NCBI GenBank assembly: GCA_037388505.1
Contig: JARRKC010000013.1
Span: forward strand, 9,999-73,998
Direction: 5' to 3'
DNA length: 64,000 nucleotides
Source: Acidobacteriota bacterium
GTDB taxonomy: Bacteria > Acidobacteriota > UBA6911 > RPQK01 > JAPXNP01
The position numbers and the translations under genes were made by a program. Below the pieces are notes generated by a model that did no database searches, was not told the origin of the DNA, and was given only the letters and a program-made list of their open reading frames with translations. Shown here piece after piece: positions 10,316-20,219 of this stretch. The stretch's first letter is position 1. Each line of letters begins with the position of its first letter.

Positions 10316-11083
10316 ATGACCGAGCAGCTGATTTTGATCGATCGTCCGAAACCGCAAACCACCATCCTCACGCTCAATCGGCCTGAGAAGCGAAATGCCC
10401 TCAACCTCCCTCTCATGGAACAGCTCTGTCTCCGTCTCGAGGAGCTGTCGAAGTCCGAGGCTTGTCGAGCGGTGATCCTCCGTGGGGCCGGACCCGTCTT
10501 CTGCTCCGGACTCGACCTGAAAGAGGGACTGGATACTACTCTTGCGGAACGCTCGGGTGAAATGGTGGCCCGAACCTTCCGAACACTCAGTGAGAGCCCG
10601 AAAGTGATCATCGCTGCGGCACACGGTGCCGCCATTGCCGGTGGAGGCGGCCTTCTGCTTGCCTGTGACCTTGTCGTCGCCGGCGACGATCTGCTCGTGG
10701 GTTTTCCCGAGGTGCGCCGTGGCCTCGTGGCGGGTCTGGTCATGGCGTATCTTCGCCGGCGCGTGAGAGAAATCGAGGCCAATGAACTGCTTCTCGGCGG
10801 AGAGCTGGTCGACGCCCCGCGCGCTCGCGAAATGGGACTGGTGAACCGGATTGTCTCGAGCGATCGACTGATGGCCGAAGCGCATCGGCTTGCCGCAGCG
10901 GTCTCCGAGGGGGCGCCCCAGGCCCTTCGGACGACCAAGGAGTTCCTACGTTCGCTCTGGCCGCACTCGCTGGAGGCGGATCTGGAGCAGGCCCTGGGGA
11001 TCCACGGCCGGGTGCGACTCGGCGAGGAAGCACAGGAAGGCATGCGCGCCTTCCTGGAGAAGCGGAAGCCGTCGTGGCGGTGA
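10316..11083 (+). CDS. Enoyl-CoA hydratase/isomerase (crotonase family)
   Basis: Crotonase signature …LNRPEKRNAL… and oxyanion-hole region AAAHGAAIAGGGGLLLACDL. Confidence 0.85.
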   Translation: MTEQLILIDRPKPQTTILTLNRPEKRNALNLPLMEQLCLRLEELSKSEACRAVILRGAGPVFCSGLDLKEGLDTTLAERSGEMVARTFRTLSESPKVIIAAAHGAAIAGGGGLLLACDLVVAGDDLLVGFPEVRRGLVAGLVMAYLRRRVREIEANELLLGGELVDAPRAREMGLVNRIVSSDRLMAEAHRLAAAVSEGAPQALRTTKEFLRSLWPHSLEADLEQALGIHGRVRLGEEAQEGMRAFLEKRKPSWR

Positions 11084-11103
11084 GGGAAACAGGAATGGGA
11101 CCG

Positions 11104-11173
11104 ATAGGACGCATAGGACCTATGGAACGGCGCGAAATTCAAGCCTCGGTCCTATACGTCCTGTTTGTCCTAT
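11104..11173. repeat. Heptamer array: ATAGGAC x3 (9-bp period), 20-bp spacer, GTCCTAT x3 (9-bp period); putative operator upstream of the peptidase gene
   Basis: Seen in sequence: ATAGGAC 11104/11113, ATGGAAC 11122; GTCCTAT 11149, GTCCTGT 11158, GTCCTAT 11167. Shares the 16-mer ATAGGACCTATRGAAC with the array at 35002-35104. Confidence 0.4.
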
Positions 11174-11225
11174 TTCTCCTACTGGCTTATAGTCACCCCC
11201 TGGAAAACCGTTCAGGAGAATGATC

Positions 11226-13388
11226 ATGAAGAGACTGATGCTCACTTTGGCCCTCGTCCTGCCCTTACTGTGGACCAGTTGCACGATACAGGAGAGTGAG
11301 AAGCTCAACTACCCGACGGCCAGACGCGACGATATCGTCAACGACTACTTCGGGACCAAGGTGCCGGCACCTTACGAGTGGATGGAGGACCTCAACAGTC
11401 CGGAGGTCCAGCAGTGGGTCACCGCCGAGAACAAGCTGACGGACGACTACTTTTCCAAAGTCCCCATCCGGGGATGGATCAACCAGCGGTTGACCGATCT
11501 TTGGAATTATCCCAAGGCGGGCGTGCCCGATGAGGAAGGCGGCCGGCTCTTCTTCCGAAAGAACAGCGGACTGCAGAACCAGTCCGTCGTCTACGTCCAG
11601 GATGGCCTGCAAGGGGAGGCACGGGAGCTTTTGAACCCCAACGTGCTCTCACCGGATGGATCTCTTGCTCTGGCGGGCTACGTTCCTTCGCCCGATGGCA
11701 AGCTCCTCGCTTATCAGCTTTCCGAAGGAGGTTCGGACTGGCAGACCATTCACCTCCTGGATGTCTCCACGGGAAAGACTCTGGACGACGCCGTGCGTTG
11801 GGTGAAGTTCTCCGGCGTGGCCTGGACTAAGGACAATCGGGGCTTCTTCTACTCCCGGTACCCGGAACCGCCGCAAGGCAAGGCCATCAGCCAGCAGGTG
11901 ACCAACCAGAAGCTCTATTATCACCGGCTCGGTACGGCGCAGGACCAGGACAAGCTGATCTACCAGCGCGAGGACCTGCCGGGCTGGATCGTCGAGGGTG
12001 CAGTGTCCGACGACGGCAGGTACCTGTATGTCCTTCTGGTCAATGGAACGGCTCACATGAACGAGCTCTTCTACGCCGACCTCGGCAACCCCACCAAACC
12101 GAACATCGGCGCCAAGTTCCAACCTCTGTACACCAGGAACGACGCCCTCTATGAACCCGTAGGTGACGATGGCAATACTCTGTATCTTCACACCACGCTG
12201 GACGCCCCGCGCGGTCGGATCGTGGCGACCACGTTCTCCGACCCCTCGCCCGAGAATTGGCGCGAGGTCGTACCTCAGCGAGAAGGAGTCATCAGCGGCG
12301 CTCTGTTGGCCGACCGACAGATCGTCGTCCTCTCCGAGGTCGTGGCCAAGAGCCAACTGGAAGTTTTCGATGAGAAGGGGGAGCATCACCGGCAGATCGA
12401 TCTACCCGGCATCGGGTCGGTATCCGGACTCAGCGGTCATAGCGGATCTGCGGATCTGTACTTCGGTTTCACCTCTTTTCTCGCCCCCGGAGCCGTTTAT
12501 CACTACGATCTGAAATCGGATCAGCGTTCGACCTTCTTTGCACCCAAGGTCGACTTCGATGCTTCGAAATACGTGACCGAGCAGGTCTTCTACGCCTCCA
12601 AAGACGGCACGCAGATCCCCATGTTCATCACTCACATCAGGGATCTTCAGCTCAACGGCAAAAATCCCACTATCCTCTATGGATACGGCGGCTTTGACAT
12701 TACCGTGAGTCCCAGCTTCAACCCCATCTACCCGGTCTGGCTCGAGTTGGGCGGTGTCTATGCAGTGCCCAACCTGCGAGGCGGAGGCACCTACGGGGAG
12801 AAATGGCACCAGGCCGGCATGCTCGGCAACAAGCAGAATGTTTTCGACGACTTTGCCTGGGCCGCCAAGTACCTCATCGATCAGAAATATACGGACCGCG
12901 ACCACCTCGGCATCCAGGGCTATTCCAACGGCGGTTTGCTGGTGGGGGCCTCGATCACCGAGCATCCCGAACTGTTCGGCGCCGCCTACGCCGGAGCGGG
13001 GGTGCTCGACATGTTGCGCTATCAGCGCTTCTCCGGGGGCGACCTCTGGGCTCCCGAGTACGGCACCTCGGAAAACGAGGAGGCTTTCAAATGGCTGTAT
13101 GCCTACTCGCCGCTCCAGAACGTCAAGGATGGTGTTTGTTACCCGCCTACGATCATTACCACGGCAGACCATGATGACCGCGTCGTTCCCAGTCACTCCT
13201 ACAAGTTCGCCGCTGCCCTCCAGCACGCTCAGGGTTGCGACAACCCGGTGTTGATTCACATTGCGACCAACACGAGTCACGGCTACATGCCCACGGACAA
13301 GCGCATCTCCCAGACCGCCGACGTGTGGGCTTTCGAAGCCTGGAATCTGGGCGTCAAGCAGCCGCCCGCTTCGGCAGACGGAAAGTAG
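11226..13388 (+). CDS. Prolyl oligopeptidase (S9A prolyl endopeptidase), secreted/lipoprotein
   Basis: Beta-propeller N-terminal half plus alpha/beta-hydrolase C-terminus with catalytic Ser in GIQGYSNGGLLVGA, and Asp/His downstream. Signal peptide; AGGAGA SD. Confidence 0.9.
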   Translation: MKRLMLTLALVLPLLWTSCTIQESEKLNYPTARRDDIVNDYFGTKVPAPYEWMEDLNSPEVQQWVTAENKLTDDYFSKVPIRGWINQRLTDLWNYPKAGVPDEEGGRLFFRKNSGLQNQSVVYVQDGLQGEARELLNPNVLSPDGSLALAGYVPSPDGKLLAYQLSEGGSDWQTIHLLDVSTGKTLDDAVRWVKFSGVAWTKDNRGFFYSRYPEPPQGKAISQQVTNQKLYYHRLGTAQDQDKLIYQREDLPGWIVEGAVSDDGRYLYVLLVNGTAHMNELFYADLGNPTKPNIGAKFQPLYTRNDALYEPVGDDGNTLYLHTTLDAPRGRIVATTFSDPSPENWREVVPQREGVISGALLADRQIVVLSEVVAKSQLEVFDEKGEHHRQIDLPGIGSVSGLSGHSGSADLYFGFTSFLAPGAVYHYDLKSDQRSTFFAPKVDFDASKYVTEQVFYASKDGTQIPMFITHIRDLQLNGKNPTILYGYGGFDITVSPSFNPIYPVWLELGGVYAVPNLRGGGTYGEKWHQAGMLGNKQNVFDDFAWAAKYLIDQKYTDRDHLGIQGYSNGGLLVGASITEHPELFGAAYAGAGVLDMLRYQRFSGGDLWAPEYGTSENEEAFKWLYAYSPLQNVKDGVCYPPTIITTADHDDRVVPSHSYKFAAALQHAQGCDNPVLIHIATNTSHGYMPTDKRISQTADVWAFEAWNLGVKQPPASADGK

Positions 13389-13689
13389 GGAGCGAACTGG
13401 AGGAATTCTGAGGTTTGGGGTTTGCGATTTCGAGGGGGAACCGGACGCAGCACCGTGTCCCATGCGTGTGCCGCAGCTCCATGCTCGAAGCTCTTCGCCG
13501 ATTCCCGCATACGCCTACGATGGCGAGGCAACCATAGTAGAATCGACGATCGCCATCGACTCGACGCTTCTCGCGGCCTCAGTTAGACTGGGCATGGAAG
13601 GGACTTCCTGGAAGCGGCTCGATCCACCATAGGGGGTCCGAATACCAGGTGCCGAGTGCGCATGGGGCGAGTCTAGGAGCGTTGGGGGA

Positions 13690-16600
13690 ATGGAAACGAT
13701 GAAGCGCATAAAGCGAAGTCCTGAGGCTCGTCTCTCCGGATCAGCGAATCCGGTAAATGGCTCTTCAGACCAGCGGGGCAGCCACCTGATCGATTTCTAC
13801 CATCAGATTGCAGAGGGTGCACCCGACTGGGAATGTTGGCGAACCCCTGAGGGCAAGTGTGTCTACGTTTCTCCCTCTTGCGAGCGGATCACCGGGTATC
13901 GGGCTCAACAGTTCATGTCCGACCCTGAGCTGCACCTTTCCGTGATCCATCCTGAAGATCGTTCCCGCGTCGCCGCACATTTTTGCGAGTCAGGTGAGCT
14001 CGCAGATGCGGTTCCCCTGGAGTTCAGGATCCTGCATCGTAATGGGCAAGTCCGATGGGTGAATCATGTCTGCCACCCGATTTGCGATGAGCGCGGAAGC
14101 CTGATGTGGAGACGCGTGCTGCAACGGGATATCACGTCCTACAAAGCGGCCCAGCTGGCCCTTGCCGGACAGGAGAAACTCTTTCGCGAGTTGGCCGAGA
14201 ACCTGGAAGAAGTCCTGTGGATCGTCTCACCCGACTGGAATGAAGTGCTCTACGTCAGTCCGGCCTACGCCGAATTGTGGGGCCGCTCGTGTGAGGAGCT
14301 TCGGGTTTCTCCACGTTCCTGGCTCGATGCGGTCCTCGAAGAAGATCGGCCCCGAATCCTGTCGAACATCACCCGTGTGGCTCAGGAACCGCTACAGGGA
14401 TTGGCATCTGTGGAGTACCGTGTCCGCCGTCCGGATGGATCGATCCGTTGGGTGCGGGCGCGCGGCTTTGGGATCCACGATGAGACGGGCCGGATCCACC
14501 GCGTGGTTGGGATTGCCGAAGATGTCACCGACCAAAAGCAAGTCGAGAACGCCCTCCGCCGACGCCAGCAGGAATATCAGACCCTGGCCGGAAACCTGCC
14601 CGGACTCGTTTACCGAGTGTATTTGCAGGAGGGGAGCAGGATGCACTTCTACAACGATCTCCTCGAGCCGACGACCGGCTTTCGGGCCGAAGAGCTGACG
14701 ACCGGCGAAATCTGTTCGATCATTCGACTCATCGTTCCGGAGGATCGGGAGCGTGTCATCGAGACCGTGGAGGAGGCTGTCGAGAAGGAGCAGCCCTTCG
14801 ACATAAGCTACAGACTCGAGCGAAAGAACCGCGAGATTCGTCACATGAGCGAGCGCGGTCGCCCGATCCGTGACGAGAACGGGCGTCCACTCTACATCGA
14901 CGGACTCATCTTCGACGTCACGGATCAAATGCTGCAGGAGGAACAACTCCGGGAGAGAGAAGCTCAGCTGCGGGCTTTTTTCGATGCCAACGCCGTGTGC
15001 ATGAGCATCGTGGCGCTCGATGACGACGATCTCGTCTACGTGCGTCCCAACGAGACAATGGCGGCTTTCTACGGTCTGACGGCTACGACCTTGAGCGGCA
15101 AGCGCTGCCGAGAGCTGGGAGTCAGCGAAGAGACGCTGGCCGGCTGGATCGAGATGTTCGCGGAGTGCCTGCGAACCGGTGAACCTGTGTCCCGCGAGTA
15201 CAACTTCGGGTTGCATGGCCAGGAGCACTGGTATCACGGGACCATAAGCCCGATCTCGCTATCTTCCGACTCCCCCCTGTTCGCACTGGCGACCGTCGAC
15301 ATCACCGAACGCAAGAAGACCGAACAGGCTTTGCGCGAGAGCGAAGCCCGCTTCCGGGAGGTCCTCGAGAACGCTCTCGACGCCTCCTATCGTCGCGATC
15401 TCACTTCAGGTCGGTTGGATTTCATGAGCCCTGTCATCGAACAGATAACCGGATTCTCTCCGGAGGAAATCGCGGCACTTGACGTTCAACAGGGTCTGGA
15501 TCTCGTGCACCCCGATGACCGCCAAGCCGTGATCGGGGAGATCCAGAGGTCCGCCTCAGGCGAAGCCGGTTTCGTGGAATATCGGTTCCGTACCAAGAAC
15601 GGAGAGTACCGCTGGTTCGGTGACAAGATGCGAGTCGTCATGGCGGGTGGCGAGCCGCGCTACCGGGTGGGAGTCGTGCGTGACATTACGCACCGCAAGC
15701 AGGTCGAGGAAGCCCTGCGTCGTGCCAAGGATGAACTCGAGGAGCGGGTGCACCAGCGGACAAAGGAACTCGAACTGCGGGCAAACCAACTGGCACGCCT
15801 CTCTTCAGAGTTGACAATCGTCGAGCAGAGGGAGAGGCGGCGCCTGGCTCAGGTCCTTCACGATCATCTTCAGCAACTTCTCGTCGGGGCGAAATTCGGG
15901 CTCGACGTCCTTTCACGGAGAATCGGCCAGAAACACATGGACACGATCGGACAGGTGGAAGCGCTTCTGAACGAATCGATCAATACGGCCCGGTCCTTGA
16001 CTGCCGAGTTGTCTCCACCCATCCTCCATGAGGCCGGCCTCAATGCTGCTCTGGAATGGTTGATCCGGTGGATGAAGGAGAAACACGGCCTGACCGTGGA
16101 ATTCGACACCGACGAAGAAGTCCGTACCAGTCGCGAGGACATCCGGGTGCTCATCTTCGAATCGGTTCGCGAAGCCCTGCTCAATGTCGTCAAACATGCA
16201 AAGGTGACCCGGGCAAAGGTCAGCTTGACTCGTCACGACCCGGAACATCTACGGGCACTGATCAGCGATGAGGGTGTCGGTTTCGAACCCGGAGTTCTGT
16301 CCAACCGCGACGATTCGACGAAGGGCGGCTTCGGGCTGGTCAGCATGCGGGAACGTCTGAGATTAATGGGTGGCTCACTGGAGATCGAAAGCACCGCCCA
16401 CGAAGGCACGCGCTTGATCCTTACCGTCCCGATAGAGTCCCCGGCGGCGGTCATGGGCGAGGAGGAAGCAGAGGAGACTCGTGAAGAAGAGGGGGCTCAG
16501 CCCGAGACAGGACAACAGGCCGGTGGGGGAGGGAAATCCGCCAGGAAGGGTCGCATCCGTGTTCTGCTCGTCGACGATCATGTGGTGATGCGGCAGGGCC

Positions 16601-16917
16601 TTTCCATGCTGATCGGCGAGGAATCTGATATTGAAATCGTTGGAGAGGGATCCAACGGCAATGAGGCCATCGCTCTCGCCCGGGATCTCCAACCGGATGT
16701 CATCCTCATGGACTTCAGTATGCCCGAAATGAACGGGGTTGAAGCCACCCGGATCATCCATTCGGAACTGCCCAAGATCCGGATCATCGGGCTTTCGATG
16801 TATGAAGAAACCGACCGCGCCGCGGCCATGCAGGAAGCGGGGGCCGTTGCCTACCTCAGCAAGAGCGGCCGGTCGGATGCGCTTCTGCAAACCATCCGGG
16901 AAGCACGGACAGACTAG
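13690..16917 (+). CDS. Multi-PAS hybrid sensor histidine kinase (HisKA_3/HATPase_c) with C-terminal receiver domain
   Basis: Repeated PAS/PAC modules; H-box RRRLAQVLHDHLQQLL (HisKA_3, NarX-like); ATPase G-boxes; then REC IRVLLVDDH…DVILMDFSMPEMNG…. Confidence 0.85.
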   Translation: METMKRIKRSPEARLSGSANPVNGSSDQRGSHLIDFYHQIAEGAPDWECWRTPEGKCVYVSPSCERITGYRAQQFMSDPELHLSVIHPEDRSRVAAHFCESGELADAVPLEFRILHRNGQVRWVNHVCHPICDERGSLMWRRVLQRDITSYKAAQLALAGQEKLFRELAENLEEVLWIVSPDWNEVLYVSPAYAELWGRSCEELRVSPRSWLDAVLEEDRPRILSNITRVAQEPLQGLASVEYRVRRPDGSIRWVRARGFGIHDETGRIHRVVGIAEDVTDQKQVENALRRRQQEYQTLAGNLPGLVYRVYLQEGSRMHFYNDLLEPTTGFRAEELTTGEICSIIRLIVPEDRERVIETVEEAVEKEQPFDISYRLERKNREIRHMSERGRPIRDENGRPLYIDGLIFDVTDQMLQEEQLREREAQLRAFFDANAVCMSIVALDDDDLVYVRPNETMAAFYGLTATTLSGKRCRELGVSEETLAGWIEMFAECLRTGEPVSREYNFGLHGQEHWYHGTISPISLSSDSPLFALATVDITERKKTEQALRESEARFREVLENALDASYRRDLTSGRLDFMSPVIEQITGFSPEEIAALDVQQGLDLVHPDDRQAVIGEIQRSASGEAGFVEYRFRTKNGEYRWFGDKMRVVMAGGEPRYRVGVVRDITHRKQVEEALRRAKDELEERVHQRTKELELRANQLARLSSELTIVEQRERRRLAQVLHDHLQQLLVGAKFGLDVLSRRIGQKHMDTIGQVEALLNESINTARSLTAELSPPILHEAGLNAALEWLIRWMKEKHGLTVEFDTDEEVRTSREDIRVLIFESVREALLNVVKHAKVTRAKVSLTRHDPEHLRALISDEGVGFEPGVLSNRDDSTKGGFGLVSMRERLRLMGGSLEIESTAHEGTRLILTVPIESPAAVMGEEEAEETREEEGAQPETGQQAGGGGKSARKGRIRVLLVDDHVVMRQGLSMLIGEESDIEIVGEGSNGNEAIALARDLQPDVILMDFSMPEMNGVEATRIIHSELPKIRIIGLSMYEETDRAAAMQEAGAVAYLSKSGRSDALLQTIREARTD

Positions 16918-17055
16918 TCCCCACTCGCCTGAGTGACGCGGTCAGTCTCACCTCGTACGAACCCATCGGTTCCGACACCCGATTTGTCGTAGACTAGCCA
17001 CCGGACCCGGTGAGAAACCGGCTTCTGGCACTCACAGCCTGAGGAAGGAAACGCC

Positions 17056-18432
17056 ATGAGATCCTTGCTTCGATGCTCTCCCCTTTTCGCCTTGAGTCTC
17101 CCATTCCTCGCTTTCCAGACCACTTCGGCTCAACAACCGGGTCGGGCGTCTTCCTCCGAAGCCCAGCGGTTCGAGCTTCCGGCCACCGATGACGGTCTGC
17201 CCGGCGAGGGCCCGATCCGCCGGTACGACTGGTTTCGCGACCTCTGGCGAGAACGCCGAAGCGCCTGGTCCAAACAGGTCGAACAGGACCAGCGCGCACT
17301 GGTGTTCCTCGGGGACTCGATCACGCAGGGATGGGGTGACGACTTCGGGGGAGCCTTTCCCGGAGTCCACGTGGCAAATCGTGGCATCATCGGCGACACG
17401 ACACGCGGCATGTTGATTCGTCTGCAGGAGGATGTGCTGGCTCTGAATCCAAGCGGGGTAGTCCTGCTCCTTGGCACCAATGATTTGGAAGAGAACGCCG
17501 AACCGGAGACGGCTGCCGGCAACCTCGAGCTGATCCTGACGGAGTTGGAAAGCTACAGCAGGAAAATGCCGATCGTGCTGTGCCGGGTCTTTCCGAGTTC
17601 GCCTTCGAAAAATCGCCCTGCCGACAAGATTCGTGCCATCAACCGACTCTATGCTCGAGTTGTCGCGCACGACCCGCAGGTGACCCTCTTGGACACTTGG
17701 ACGTTGTTCGCTGACGATCAGGGCAATGCGAAAGCCGAGGAGTTCCCGGATCTGCTGCACCCGAACGCCGCAGGATACGCCAAATGGGCGGCTGCTCTGA
17801 GACCGATCCTGGCTACTCTCGGCTTCATGGATACTGAACCGGACAACTTCTCTCCCGAGCCGGGATTTGAAAGCCTTTTCAACGGTCGTGACCTGACCGG
17901 CTGGGGCTTCCGCCCGACGAGCCCGGAAGACATCGAGGCGCGCAACCATTGGCAGGCGACCGATCCGAATGCCGCCGCCTGGCCGGTCGTGACCAAAGCG
18001 ATGGTCCTCGACGGCCGAACGGCGAGTGACGATGGACGCTATGTGGTCGTCAACGGCCGCCTCGTCGTGACCACACCGCCGGAGGGGCGCCGCATCCAGC
18101 AGATCTGGACGAGCCGGGAGTTCCCAAGAGACTTTGTCTTGAGACTCGAGTTCCGCGCCACCCCGAATGCGGACAGCGGGATTTTCATCCGTGGACCACA
18201 ACTGCAGTGCAGGGACTACCTGCTGGCCGGTCCTTACAAGCAACTCCAGCACTACAAGCCGCAGCAGTGGAATCAGATCGAAGTGACGGTCAAGGGTGGC
18301 ATCGCTCGGGCCACCTGCAACGGTGAAGTCCTGGAAGAGGCGATGGAGGTCCCCTCCACCGGCCCGATCGGTCTGGAAGGCGATCGGGGCCAGATGGAGT
18401 ACCGTCACATCGAGATCCGCGAATTGCCCTGA
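17056..18432 (+). CDS. Secreted SGNH/GDSL hydrolase fused to DUF1080 (3-keto-disaccharide hydrolase-like) domain
   Basis: Signal peptide; FLGDSITQGWG (SGNH block I); C-terminal DUF1080-like jelly-roll (…FRDFVLRLEFRATPNADSGIFIRG…EYRHIEI…). Confidence 0.7.
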   Translation: MRSLLRCSPLFALSLPFLAFQTTSAQQPGRASSSEAQRFELPATDDGLPGEGPIRRYDWFRDLWRERRSAWSKQVEQDQRALVFLGDSITQGWGDDFGGAFPGVHVANRGIIGDTTRGMLIRLQEDVLALNPSGVVLLLGTNDLEENAEPETAAGNLELILTELESYSRKMPIVLCRVFPSSPSKNRPADKIRAINRLYARVVAHDPQVTLLDTWTLFADDQGNAKAEEFPDLLHPNAAGYAKWAAALRPILATLGFMDTEPDNFSPEPGFESLFNGRDLTGWGFRPTSPEDIEARNHWQATDPNAAAWPVVTKAMVLDGRTASDDGRYVVVNGRLVVTTPPEGRRIQQIWTSREFPRDFVLRLEFRATPNADSGIFIRGPQLQCRDYLLAGPYKQLQHYKPQQWNQIEVTVKGGIARATCNGEVLEEAMEVPSTGPIGLEGDRGQMEYRHIEIRELP

Positions 18433-18515
18433 CTGGACACCCGATCGGAACCGCGGCTCACTCCTTCCGGGGCCGAGCCGGCGGACGGTGGCCCCGCAGT
18501 GGAGATGAATCCTTG

Positions 18516-19841
18516 CTAGAAGCCGGTCTGAAGCGTGACCTGGACTCTGTTCTCTCCAGGAATCATGTCGGAACTGTGATTGGTTCGCTGATAGTCGACC
18601 AACCAGATGTTCCCTTTGTACATGCGCCAGGCAATTCCGGCGATGTAGCGGTGGGTAATATCCGAGTAGATCTCGGTGTCCGCGTTGAAGTCGTCAAAGC
18701 GGCCCAACACGCTGATCCTGCTCCCGAAATGCGGCGTTGGAATGTGTGCCGCAGCAAACAATGAGTATCCTCTCTGGCGTGCGGCCCTTCCGTCGGGAGC
18801 CAGTGCCTTGCCCGACTGGTTGCCTCTGCCTACGTATCCCTGAGCCGTGCCGGTGAAGAAGCGGCTCTCGTACGAAACCATCCCGTCGAAGCTTCTCCAG
18901 TTGGGGGGCTGCATTCCGTCTTCTACCGGCTGGTTCCCCTTGCCGACGATACCGAAAGCACTGAACTGGAGCCCCGGCACGACGTCGGGCAGCGGCCGGA
19001 CCGAGAGGCGACCCTCGAAGACTTTGTTCTTGTTCTGCTCGGCGGCATGATAGCCGCCGCCATTGTAGATCCCGGCCTGCCATGAGCCGTATCGACCGGC
19101 GTAGTGAGGATTCACTTCGGCCTTGTATTCGCTGCTCAGGGTTCCCCCGAAATCCGATCCGAAGAGCACTCCGGTGTCGGCGCTGTTGAAAACGCCGTTG
19201 CGCTCCAGAAACATCGTATCCTGCATGCGGTATCCGTTGATGGCTTCCTCGAAGTCCAGCCAGGGCATGTGCGCCAGGCCGAACTCCATGTAAGGGCCGG
19301 TGATGGCCTTGTTGCCCTTCCAGTGGAACTTGCCATAGATGTACTTGGCGCGCGGCTTCACATCGCCGGTCGAATCGACGGTGATATCGGTGACGAAGCG
19401 CGCGGTCAGGTAGGGCGTGACAGCGACGTCCGCTCCGAAGTATCCCCGTTTCAGAAGAAACGCGTTGTAGTCGCTGGTCTCATTGGGGACTCCGGAGTAC
19501 CTGGTTCCGTTCTGGTAGGACAAATAGAACAGCCCGATCGGCTTGAAGCTCCTCAAAGGTTCCGGTATTTCGGCTTTCACCGCTCCCAACTGCCCGCCGG
19601 ATCCGGTCGCCGCCTGGGGCGCGGCGGCTTGGCTCGCGGGTGGAGGAGTGCCGGATTTCTGTCGATTGTACTCGGCCTGCACCTGGGTGGCTTGAACCTG
19701 GGTGATGACTCCATTCTGAACAAGCAGTTTCAGCAGAGGATCCATGTTTTCAGAATCGGTCTGGGTAGTATCGGATGCGTAGACCATGCCCCAGAGGCAA
19801 AAAGCAAAGAGAATGCACGCCATGATCGTCTTCTTCATCAT
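18516..19841 (-). CDS. Outer-membrane beta-barrel porin-like protein
   Basis: Signal peptide MMKKTIMACILFAFCLWGMVYA, alternating amphipathic beta-strands, C-terminal …TLQTGF (aromatic terminal residue). The ATG at 19841 has a GGAGAGAAGGGAAG SD; the ORF-track start at 19943 is an upstream extension. Confidence 0.5.
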   Translation of the reverse strand: MMKKTIMACILFAFCLWGMVYASDTTQTDSENMDPLLKLLVQNGVITQVQATQVQAEYNRQKSGTPPPASQAAAPQAATGSGGQLGAVKAEIPEPLRSFKPIGLFYLSYQNGTRYSGVPNETSDYNAFLLKRGYFGADVAVTPYLTARFVTDITVDSTGDVKPRAKYIYGKFHWKGNKAITGPYMEFGLAHMPWLDFEEAINGYRMQDTMFLERNGVFNSADTGVLFGSDFGGTLSSEYKAEVNPHYAGRYGSWQAGIYNGGGYHAAEQNKNKVFEGRLSVRPLPDVVPGLQFSAFGIVGKGNQPVEDGMQPPNWRSFDGMVSYESRFFTGTAQGYVGRGNQSGKALAPDGRAARQRGYSLFAAAHIPTPHFGSRISVLGRFDDFNADTEIYSDITHRYIAGIAWRMYKGNIWLVDYQRTNHSSDMIPGENRVQVTLQTGF

Positions 19842-20219
19842 CTTCCCTTCTCTCCGATGCAACTCCGCAGCCGGCCGAGACCTTTCGGTCGGCGAATAGC
19901 GGGAGTCTATGCAAGCCGTGTTACACGAATTTGAACGTTCCATGAGGATTTCTTTAAGGAGTGAATTCTGGAAGATCGAACGCCCGCACGGCGCTCGTAT
20001 GCGACGGGCCAGGGCGCTAACCTGGATCCAGCGCCCTACTTTTCGTATTCAAAAAAGTGGCGTGCGCCTATAATCGACTCGACATTCTGGAATTCGTAGA
20101 AAGGAGGTACGATGTCCGATCAACCCCAAGGATGCGCCCGGATCACCGGCACTGTATCCAGTGACGGCTCCAAGGACGAAGATACCGGAAAGCATCTCAT
20201 CAAAGAAAAGGAGGTCAAA

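Noticed and set aside
9850-11142. 430-aa minus-strand ORF over AtuA/DUF4387/enoyl-CoA hydratase
   Set aside because: Shadow ORF; low-complexity Ser/Arg/Pro sequence; the plus-strand genes carry clear family motifs.
12402-13463. 353-aa minus-strand ORF inside the prolyl oligopeptidase gene
   Set aside because: Antisense to a gene with intact catalytic-triad motifs.
17032-18408. 458-aa minus-strand ORF mirroring the SGNH-DUF1080 gene
   Set aside because: The plus-strand reading has a signal peptide and GDSL block; the minus-strand product is featureless.
20112-20219. N-terminal 36-codon extension of the peroxiredoxin ([36 protein letters not shown])
   Set aside because: It has a good SD at 20112, but Prx proteins normally start at [12 protein letters not shown] and the extension is low-complexity. 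It is kept as an alternative start rather than a separate leader gene.
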